From: Blastocatellia bacterium UBA7656
Lineage (GTDB): Bacteria > Acidobacteriota > Blastocatellia > UBA7656
Direction of reading: 5' to 3'
DNA length: 64,000 nt
NCBI GenBank assembly: GCA_002483445.1
Contig: DLHY01000065.1
Coordinates: 23,336 to 87,335 of the forward strand
Shown here: positions 44,461-52,137 of the stretch, one piece after another
Layout: every line of letters starts with the position of its first letter
How positions within the stretch are numbered: the first letter of the stretch is position 1
Made by a program: the position numbers and the translations under genes
The notes under the pieces: model-generated
The model's input: the letters and a program-made list of their open reading frames with translations, nothing else
Databases searched by the model: none
What the model was told of the DNA's origin: nothing

Positions 44461-46080
44461 TCAAAAATTTTTCGTCAGCCCCTGCTGGGCCGCGATGAAG
44501 TAGAGAAAGTAGTCGTTGAAATGCAGATGCGCAAGCTCCTCGGGAGGAGACGCTGGAGGCGGCCCTTCGATCAGCACCGGCAGGATTTCAGGCGCGGCCA
44601 TTTCATCCCCGTTCTTGCGACGGAGCGCATAGCGCACCTCTTCCATCACCCAACGGGACTGGCGAGCCGACTGAGACCAGAAGAGCAGAAACAGATCGCT
44701 CTCATCGATGTGGCGATAAAGCTCGCGCTCCCATCGCGTGCCCGGCTCAAGCGCCAGCACATCCTGAAAGAAATCAATTCTCAGTCGCGCGAGCATCTGC
44801 ACGCGCTTTAGAACCTCCTGGCGATCCTCGGAGGCATAGGATATGAAAGCTTTTCTGTAAGCGCGCCCGTTGCCCGTGGGCGCGGATGCTTCAGGCAGCG
44901 CGAGTTGATCCCACGCGATAACTTTGATCTTGAATTTGATATGTCCTACGGGGATGGAATCCTGACTGACGGTTACGGTTCCGATGACGGTTCCAAGTTT
45001 GGCGTTGACAGGAAGGATGGCTTCGAATTGAACGGATGCCGGAGCGCCGCGCCATACGAGCGACTGCGCCGGGTCAGCGATTTCAAGTCCCGGCATCGAG
45101 AGATGAAACATCAGTCGCGATCCGCGCCGGATTTCAGTTTCGAGGCTCTTGAACCCGCGCCGCGCGGCTTCGGAGTCGAACTCGCGCGCAAGCCTGGCGG
45201 CGGCGGCGTCCTGTTCGGGCATGTGCGCGAAGACCTGAACGAAAAGGCTCTCGCCCTGCTGCGCTTCTGATCGCGAAAAGACCGTGCAATCTACGGGGTC
45301 GCTCCGGGGGTCTGCGGTCAGTCTCGGTCTCGCTCGCGGAAGCTCTCCTGAAGAATCGTTGAGCCGGTCGGTCGGCGCAACCAATGCAGGGTCAATCGAT
45401 TGGCACTCGTCGAGAGGATCAGGCTGCGCGCCTGAATTTGCGGGCGGCCTTGCGCCGGCTGTTGGGGGTTCGTCCAGTGACCCTGATGATTTACCGCTGC
45501 CGCCCATAGCATTCAGCATGTCCCCATAAATCGAATTAAGCGTCCCTGGCGGGCGGTCACTGCTTCGGGGGGCAGACGCTCTGCGCTGTGTGCCGCAGTG
45601 CGGGCAGAATTTTGCAGCCGCTCTCACAGCGCCCCCGCAATTAAAACAATAGGCTCTCTCGGACACGGCAGGGCGCGACGCTCTTTCGAGTCGTTCTTTG
45701 ATCTGAGCGGCAAGCTCGCGGAGTTGCCACACTGCGAGGTCGGTCAGTGTGCAAATCGGCGGGCCGATAAAAAACTGAATGTTCGGATCGATTACGGTTC
45801 CTGCAAGGCATATTGGGATTACGGGTATTCCATTTTTGACTGCGTACTCCAGTTCGCGAATCAGCGACACGAACTTGTTTGCGTTTGTCGAAAGCAGGAG
45901 CATCATCAGGCGGGTTTGAGACAAAACTTCGCATACGACTGCCGATTGCTCTGCGGTCAGTCTGGTCGAGCCTCGCGGCGCGATGACGCAACTGATTTTT
46001 TCAGTCGCCAGAGCCGCGCTGATTATCTCAGCGATCTCTTTGTCAGAAGGAGCGTGACTGATGAATACATCGTAGGACAT
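44461..46080 (-). CDS. double-TIR-domain protein with central zinc ribbon
   Basis: N-terminal TIR-like domain (YDVFISHAPSDKEIAE...LMMLLLSTNANKFVSLIRELEYA). Zinc ribbon CFNCGG...CPHCG. A disordered Pro/Ser linker, then a beta-rich middle domain. C-terminal TIR-like domain (KAFISYASEDRQ...LFLLFWSQSARQSRWVMEEVRYAL). Confidence 0.8.
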   Translation of the reverse strand: MSYDVFISHAPSDKEIAEIISAALATEKISCVIAPRGSTRLTAEQSAVVCEVLSQTRLMMLLLSTNANKFVSLIRELEYAVKNGIPVIPICLAGTVIDPNIQFFIGPPICTLTDLAVWQLRELAAQIKERLERASRPAVSERAYCFNCGGAVRAAAKFCPHCGTQRRASAPRSSDRPPGTLNSIYGDMLNAMGGSGKSSGSLDEPPTAGARPPANSGAQPDPLDECQSIDPALVAPTDRLNDSSGELPRARPRLTADPRSDPVDCTVFSRSEAQQGESLFVQVFAHMPEQDAAAARLAREFDSEAARRGFKSLETEIRRGSRLMFHLSMPGLEIADPAQSLVWRGAPASVQFEAILPVNAKLGTVIGTVTVSQDSIPVGHIKFKIKVIAWDQLALPEASAPTGNGRAYRKAFISYASEDRQEVLKRVQMLARLRIDFFQDVLALEPGTRWERELYRHIDESDLFLLFWSQSARQSRWVMEEVRYALRRKNGDEMAAPEILPVLIEGPPPASPPEELAHLHFNDYFLYFIAAQQGLTKNF

Positions 46081-46278
46081 AGCCTTACACAGAGAAGCAA
46101 ATCATCGATATTCAACCTGCAAACGATGCGAACCGAATATCGAAGTGTGTCTCTTCGCGTCTTTTGCGGATCAGTATCAGGCAGGCAAATTAAACATCAG
46201 GCGGAGTCAGGCGTCAACAGACGAGCGAATGCGTGACCGACTTATTGATACAGCGATCCTCTGGCAGAAACGCCTGAC

Positions 46279-46836
46279 TCACGAAGCGGCGCAAGCGGAA
46301 TCTCTATGACTTCGCTTGCGCCGCTTCGTTTGATCACACGGTTGGATACGCCCTAGTTGTCGAGGCTCACGAAGTCGTGAACACTTTTTGATGTTCGTAT
46401 AGTTGGAGCAGGGATCAGGAAGTCGCAAACACTCGGAGCTATAACAAGGCTGAAAATGCACCTTTTGCTGCTCATTTTTCGATATTTGTTCACGAGTTCT
46501 GAGCCTTCGCTCAACTATTTTGTTCACGACTTCGTGATCCCTGACAAGCAGGCTCTTCCATTGCTGATAAGCAAGCTCAGAATCCGGTCTGACCGAGATG
46601 AGGCGCTCGATGAGCCTCACTTTTCTTGACGTATCATCGACCGTGAAACCATACCCACCCCGCGCTGTGGCAGGGCGAGTGCAAACATTCCAAAACTCCG
46701 AGATGTTTTGCGTCAAAGTCAAAAGATGCTCGCCGCGAGATTTGAGAATCTTTATGCTGCGGCGCACCTCAGAGTGCAGCGCGTCGGAAGGGATAACCAG
46801 GCGCAGAAGAATTCCCGCATCAACAAGGATGTCCAT
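46279..46836 (-). pseudogene. PIN-domain (VapC-like) toxin gene, apparently truncated after ~105 codons
   Basis: The N-terminal ILVDAGILLRL...QNISEFWNVCTRP...WKSLLVRDHEVV matches the PIN family. That family normally continues with G-K-Q-V-H-D-A-x-L-V-A. Here the ORF instead runs into palindrome-rich sequence and a 17-bp hairpin with no PIN C-terminal motifs in any frame. Confidence 0.5.
46281..46329. terminator. strong 17-bp hairpin (possible bidirectional terminator) overlapping the last codons of the PIN ORF
   Basis: ACGAAGCGGCGCAAGCG (46281-46297) pairs perfectly with CGCTTGCGCCGCTTCGT (46313-46329). U-rich tracts follow on both strands (TTTGAT on plus, GTTTCTG on minus). Confidence 0.5.
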
Positions 46837-47094
46837 TTAATCGTGGTCGAAGTAAATATCCTCGCGCGAAAAACTCGCAGGCAGCGGCGATACGCCTTCA
46901 CCGCCTCGCGCCAGATCATCAAGGACTGCATCGATCTCTGCAGCGGCCATCTCTGAACTGGGCTCGATCCCGTCTCCGGTCTCAGCCATCAGGCGAAGAT
47001 AGGCATCAAGCGACAGACCACTTGCTTCAGCCTTTGCTTTCAAAATCTCGGCTGTGCGCTGCTCAATTTTTATCGTTGTCATCCTTGATCCCAT
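46837..47094 (-). CDS. ribbon-helix-helix antitoxin-like protein (VapB-like)
   Basis: MTTIKIEQRTAEILKAKAEASGLSLDAYLRLM is an RHH-type N-terminus. The stop abuts the PIN gene start (46836). Confidence 0.55.
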   Translation of the reverse strand: MGSRMTTIKIEQRTAEILKAKAEASGLSLDAYLRLMAETGDGIEPSSEMAAAEIDAVLDDLARGGEGVSPLPASFSREDIYFDHD

Positions 47095-47122
47095 AGCTTC
47101 GCCTCTCGTCTTCGATGAGGCT

Positions 47123-48430
47123 CTATATCATAGCAAAAGCTCCGTCGAGAGCCGCAACAAGTTCATCGATATCGGATTTCGTAGCGATGAGCGGCGGCCC
47201 AAGTCTTATGATGTTGCCATAGAGTCCGCCCTTGCCTATGAGTACCCCTCGTCGTCGCGTCTCTTCGAATACTTTCAGCACTGCCTGCGGGTGAGGCTCT
47301 TTCGTCTCGCGATCACGGACGCACTCAATCGCCTGCATCAATCCCATACCGCGCACGTCGCCTATCGTCTGGTATTTCTCTTTCAACTCTTCGAGCTTCC
47401 CTCTGAGGTAATCGCCCACCATGCGAGCATTGCGCGGCAGATCGTTTTCTTCAATCACACGAATCGTGGCATTGGCGGCGGCGCACGTTACCGGATTTCC
47501 GCCGAAGGTGGAAAAGGTAAGCGACGGATATTTGTCGGCGACTTCCGGGATGGCCGTCGTGCAACCTATCGGCGAGCCGTTTGCCATGCCTTTAGCGAAA
47601 GTCATCACTTCAGGCTCGACTTCCCAATGCTCTATGCCGCACCAGCGGTCGCCCGTCCGCCCCCAGCCCGTTTGCACTTCGTCACAGATGAAGATGCCGC
47701 CATAGCGACGCACGATTTCGGTTACGACTTTGAAATAATCTTTCGGAGGAGTGATGAATCCGCCGACTCCGAGTATTGGTTCGGCAATGAGCGCGGCCAC
47801 ACGTCCCGTGGTTGAAGTCTGAATCAATTCTTCCATATCGCGAGCGCATTCGAGAGAGCAGGTTTCGGGCCTAAGACCGAACGGGCAGCGATAGCAGTAA
47901 GGCGCTGCGGCGTGAACGACGCCTGCGGCAAGTGAAGGGCCGTGCTTCCACGGCGCGTGACCCGTAGCGGTCATGTTCATAACCGACCGCCCGTGATAGG
48001 CGTGGCGGAGGGCGATGATTTCGGTGTTGCCCGTGTAGATGCGCGCCAGAACCATGGCGGTTTCATCGGCTTCGGTTCCGCTGTTGGTGAAAAAACTTTT
48101 CTTCAAACGACCGGGCGTTATCTGAGCGATTTTTTCAGCGAGGTCGGCCTGCGGTTCATTGACGTAAAGAGTCGATGTGTGAGCGACGCGCGCGACCTGT
48201 CGGCTTACGGCATCGACGACTTCCGGGCGAGCGTGGCCTACGGAAGTGGTCAGCACGCCGCCGAAGCAATCGAGATAGCGGTTGTCATCCGTGTCCCACA
48301 CATACATGCCTTCGCCGTGAGAGAGAGCCAGCGGGTGTTCATAATAAGTAGCGGCGCATGGCCAGACGTATTCCTTGTGTTTGGCTATGAGATCAGCGGT
48401 TGAAGACGGTTGAGTTTCATGAGCAGTCAT
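47123..48430 (-). CDS. class-III (omega) aminotransferase, PLP-dependent
   Basis: YLDCFGGVLTTSVGHARPEV, FTNSGTEADE, FICDEVQTGWGRTG and TFAKGMANG (PLP lysine) blocks. ATG 48430 (MTAHETQ...) is preferred over the extended ORF. Confidence 0.9.
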   Translation of the reverse strand: MTAHETQPSSTADLIAKHKEYVWPCAATYYEHPLALSHGEGMYVWDTDDNRYLDCFGGVLTTSVGHARPEVVDAVSRQVARVAHTSTLYVNEPQADLAEKIAQITPGRLKKSFFTNSGTEADETAMVLARIYTGNTEIIALRHAYHGRSVMNMTATGHAPWKHGPSLAAGVVHAAAPYCYRCPFGLRPETCSLECARDMEELIQTSTTGRVAALIAEPILGVGGFITPPKDYFKVVTEIVRRYGGIFICDEVQTGWGRTGDRWCGIEHWEVEPEVMTFAKGMANGSPIGCTTAIPEVADKYPSLTFSTFGGNPVTCAAANATIRVIEENDLPRNARMVGDYLRGKLEELKEKYQTIGDVRGMGLMQAIECVRDRETKEPHPQAVLKVFEETRRRGVLIGKGGLYGNIIRLGPPLIATKSDIDELVAALDGAFAMI

Positions 48431-48670
48431 TGCAAGCCCCCCGAAAGAAAAATGCTTGGCGCGAATTGCGCCTTCATTTAACAACACCCGTGAGAGTGCG
48501 TCAATGGTCGGGCTTGGGCCAAATCCCAACAGTGTCGTCTTGATCGCATAAAAGCTCAGGCGTATCATTGCGCCGTCATCGGCTGAGGTTGATCAGAGCG
48601 ATGATGAAAAGTGCGCGGCCCTCTCAATTCATATTCAGGTGAACGAATACACTCAGCAAAAGAAAAAGCC

Positions 48671-49072
48671 ATGAACCCACTCGAAGCTCGCGTCAAAAAA
48701 TCCTATTACGTCAGAGTCGCCATCATAGGCGTACTCGCATTCCTTCCCTCTCTCGTCCTGCTGTTTCAGCTTCCGGGCTGGACGAAGACACTCACCCTGA
48801 TCTTCCTAAGCCCTCCGTTCATTATGTTGTTTCTACAACGTCGCTGGGCAAAGACGTTCGACGACGCGGGAGTGACGCGCCGCGATGGCAGGCAGTTTCG
48901 GTGGAGCGACCTGAAAGACATAAAATATGTTCGCGTTCGTCTCAGGTCGGGGCAGGAAGTCTTGAATCACGTCGAAGTGATTTTCGATGGCGGCAAGGCT
49001 ATGGTTTTTCACCTCATGCTGGAAAATGCGAATGAAGTGATGGGTCTCATCGAAAGCCTTCGAAGCAGATGA
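48671..49072 (+). CDS. small 2-TM membrane protein, unknown function
   Basis: MNPLEARVKKSYYVRVAIIGVLAFLPSLVLLFQLPGWTKTLTLIFLSPPFIMLF is followed by a soluble ~70-aa tail. No recognised motif. Confidence 0.45.
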   Translation: MNPLEARVKKSYYVRVAIIGVLAFLPSLVLLFQLPGWTKTLTLIFLSPPFIMLFLQRRWAKTFDDAGVTRRDGRQFRWSDLKDIKYVRVRLRSGQEVLNHVEVIFDGGKAMVFHLMLENANEVMGLIESLRSR

Positions 49073-49176
49073 CCTCCCGATTGAGGGGCGGTCACAAATC
49101 CAGAGGATAAAATTTTTCAGCCAAAGCTTCGCGTTTAATCAAGCCTCAGCAAGCGGAACGCCTGAAACCATTCGGC

Positions 49177-49203
49177 TTAATCAAGATTAATCATTATTAA
49201 ACC
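49177..49203 (+). promoter_or_regulatory. three 10-bp-phased direct repeats TTAATCA / TTAATCA / TTAAACC (candidate wHTH activator site)
   Basis: Repeats start at 49177, 49187 and 49197. An extra TTAATCA is at 49135. A TATAGA/TAGAAT -10-like hexamer lies ~21 nt downstream. A near-identical block occurs at 60563-60589. Confidence 0.45.
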
Positions 49204-49484
49204 CGGTTCAGGGCAGTCATTGTATAGAATCCTTCTTCATCACCTGCAAATCATTATGAGGGTGACGGGTTCGGCCACTTGTGAATAAGGATATTCGGCC
49301 TTGAAGGTGCCAGTTCGTCCTCAGCGGACGAGATCAGTTCGGCAATTCCTGAGTGCGAATCGTTGCGACATCAGTTCGTCCCGGTGTGCGGTTCTCTCAG
49401 TCCGGTCTTCTGGAAACCGAACCGCGCAATTACAGAGCAGATGCGCAAGGGCTGACGATAAAACCAAACGATAGGAGGCATACC

Positions 49485-51965
49485 ATGAAGATTTCATCTG
49501 CGCTCATAAGGGGAAGGGTAAGACAGTTTGTTTTCAAACGCAGATTTTCGGTCGCGCTGACGGCGACTCTGCTGGGTTTGTTGCTGGTGGCTCTGTTGCT
49601 TCAGAGCGCGGCATCGATAAACGGTAGCGCAAGTGCGCGCGAGGCGAAAGCGATTCTCGCGCTGATGGCGACTGAGCAAGCCAAGCTGACAGATACAATG
49701 GATGGGGAGATGAACGATGAATTCGGCTTTTCGGTAGCGGTATCAGGCGATACGGCTATAGTCGGAGTTCCTCGTGATGAGTCAGGCGGGAATCAACGCG
49801 GTTCGGCATTGATCTTCACGCGCTCAGGCTCGATGTGGTCGTTGCAGCAAAAGCTGACAGCCATGGATGGCGCCGATGGAGACCTGTATGGATGGTCAGT
49901 CGCCATAGACGGCGACACGGCTGTAGTCGCGGCGCGAAACGACGACATCACAGTCGGTATGATAACGAACGCCGATCAAGGTTCCGTGTATGTGTATACG
50001 CGCAGCGGCGGGGTCTGGACCCAGCAACAGAAACTTACGGCAAGCGATGGCGGGCCGAGTGATCTGTTCGGGCATGACACAGATATAGACGGCGATACCT
50101 TGATAGCAGGAACACTTACTGAAGACGCAGCTTATGTCTTCACGCGCAGCGGCGGGGTATGGGCGCAGCAACAAAAGTTGCCGAAGCCCGCGATAGCGGG
50201 AGGGAATGCCGGAGGATTCGGGAATGCAGTCGGCGTAGATGCGGATACTGCGATCATCGGAGCGCCCAATGCCAGCCTCGATTCAAACACCAACTTTGAA
50301 GGCGCTGCCTTTGTATTCACACGCAGCGGCGGTGTCTGGACTCAACAACAGATGCTGACCGGCGAAGCGCCTGCAGATCCGTCTGCCGAGTTCGGCGTCT
50401 CGGTTGGAATCAGCGGAGATAGCGTCATCATCGGCTCTCCTAGCGATGTTGCCATGGGTGAGTTTATAGCGCAGGGCGCGGCTTATGTTTTTACCCGCTC
50501 GGGGATGACGTGGACGCTTCAGCAAAGAATTGATGCGTCAGACAACTCAGGCGTCGGGAGAACGGTTGCCATAGACGGAGATCAGTGTGTCACCGCACAG
50601 CCTTTCAATACGGTCGGGATGAATACGGCTCAGGGAGCAGCGTTCTTCTACGAGCGAGTGGCGGGCGTGTGGGGTTCGGAGCAAAAGCTCACAGGCAGCG
50701 ACAGCGCTGCGATGGATCGATTCGGCACTTCGATTGATGTGAACAACTGCACCGTCATCGCTGGCGCTCCGTTTGACGACATCTCGGCGAACGCGGATCA
50801 GGGATCGGCTTATGTCCTGCTCGCTTGTACTCCTCCCGTAGTTGCGGATTTGCAAATTACCAAGAGTGATAGCGCCGATCCTGTCATCGGCGGCAGCAGT
50901 CTGACCTACACTCTGACGGTCACAAACAACGGCCCCGATGATGCAACGGGTGTCGTCGTCACCGATATGCTTCCGGCAGGCGTGAGCTACGTTTCGGACA
51001 CATGCGGCGCTGGCCCTCCTGTGGGAAGCACGCTCACCTGGAACATCGGCAATCTGGCAAACGGCGCGACCGTTATGTGTCAGGTGACGGTCACGGTTTC
51101 TCCCATCATGACTTGCAGCGCGATGCTTTCAAACACGGCATCAGTGACCGGCACAGAAACCGATTCCAATGTGGCGAATAATTCCGACATGGAAACGACG
51201 ATGGTCGTCAATTCGCCTCTCATTTCCTGCCCAGCAAACATCACCGTCAATGCCGCAGCGGGGCAATGCGCGGCATCAGTTCCATTTTCTGTAACGGCGA
51301 TGGGCAATCCGTCGCCGACCGTCACTTGCAAAATCGGAATGACCACGATCACCTCTCCGCACACTTTCCCTGTCGGAGTGACGACCGTAGATTGCACAGC
51401 TACTAACGGGTGTATGCCCGACGCGATGTGCAGTTTCACCGTCACGGTCAACGACAACCAGCCGCCGCAGATAGTCTGTCCGCCCACACAGGTCGTGCCG
51501 CCCGGAGTGGTCAATTATCCTGCGCCTACTCCGACTGACAACTGCTCAATCGCTCAGACAGTCTGCACGCCCCCTTCAGGCTCGGTCTTCCCCGCCGGAG
51601 TGACGACTGTCACCTGCACGACGACCGATGCGAGCGGCAATATGTCGAGTTGCAGTTTTGCGGTCACTACCTTCGATCTATCGATTACGAGCGACAGCGG
51701 AGGAGGCAAAATAATGATCAACACCGTGACGGGCGATTACCTCATCTGCTGCGGCGGGATGACGGTCAGCGGCAAGGGGACGATTACGAAGAAGGGATGC
51801 ACGCTGACGCTGACGCACAATCCGCAGGACAGAAGGGTGACAGCCATCTACGACACGTGTCGAAAGACGGGGCAGGGGACGTTGCAGATGCCGCCGGGTA
51901 CGGTGAAGTGTTCGTTTACGGACAGGAACACTGTCGATAGCACGGTGTCGAGTTGTGGCAGTTGA
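49485..51965 (+). CDS. secreted FG-GAP-repeat, DUF11-like, HYR-domain surface protein
   Basis: AGGAGG RBS and an N-terminal anchor/signal. About 8 repeats of the F-G-x-S-V-x-x-x-G-D-T-x-x-x-G-A...G-x-x-Y-V-F-T-R-S-G type. One DUF11-like Ig domain (LQITKSDSADPV...TNNGPDDATGVVVTDMLP). Two HYR-like units (CPANITV...CSFTVTV). A Cys-rich C-terminal module. Confidence 0.8.
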   Translation: MKISSALIRGRVRQFVFKRRFSVALTATLLGLLLVALLLQSAASINGSASAREAKAILALMATEQAKLTDTMDGEMNDEFGFSVAVSGDTAIVGVPRDESGGNQRGSALIFTRSGSMWSLQQKLTAMDGADGDLYGWSVAIDGDTAVVAARNDDITVGMITNADQGSVYVYTRSGGVWTQQQKLTASDGGPSDLFGHDTDIDGDTLIAGTLTEDAAYVFTRSGGVWAQQQKLPKPAIAGGNAGGFGNAVGVDADTAIIGAPNASLDSNTNFEGAAFVFTRSGGVWTQQQMLTGEAPADPSAEFGVSVGISGDSVIIGSPSDVAMGEFIAQGAAYVFTRSGMTWTLQQRIDASDNSGVGRTVAIDGDQCVTAQPFNTVGMNTAQGAAFFYERVAGVWGSEQKLTGSDSAAMDRFGTSIDVNNCTVIAGAPFDDISANADQGSAYVLLACTPPVVADLQITKSDSADPVIGGSSLTYTLTVTNNGPDDATGVVVTDMLPAGVSYVSDTCGAGPPVGSTLTWNIGNLANGATVMCQVTVTVSPIMTCSAMLSNTASVTGTETDSNVANNSDMETTMVVNSPLISCPANITVNAAAGQCAASVPFSVTAMGNPSPTVTCKIGMTTITSPHTFPVGVTTVDCTATNGCMPDAMCSFTVTVNDNQPPQIVCPPTQVVPPGVVNYPAPTPTDNCSIAQTVCTPPSGSVFPAGVTTVTCTTTDASGNMSSCSFAVTTFDLSITSDSGGGKIMINTVTGDYLICCGGMTVSGKGTITKKGCTLTLTHNPQDRRVTAIYDTCRKTGQGTLQMPPGTVKCSFTDRNTVDSTVSSCGS

Positions 51966-52137
51966 AAGAGAACCTGACAAGGCAAAGCCCTGGGTTGATC
52001 TTGTCAGGAGCCGGGGAGTCAGGTCGGCGCAATGAAGGGTGTGAGGGCAACCTTCTGATGCCTGCCTGACTCCGCGAGTTCAATAGTATTGCTGCGTCCC
52101 GTCCATAATTTGTTCAATCTCTAGGAGGAATTCCTCA

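Noticed and set aside
51973-52073. Two 9-bp inverted repeats (CCTGACAAG/CTTGTCAGG and GGAGTCAGG/CCTGACTCC) between the two FG-GAP genes, considered as terminators or a shared CCTGAC motif with other loci
   Set aside because: No T-tract follows either stem. The CCTGAC/GTCAGG similarity to the 38611 array and to 46203/46271 is short enough to be chance in this GC context.
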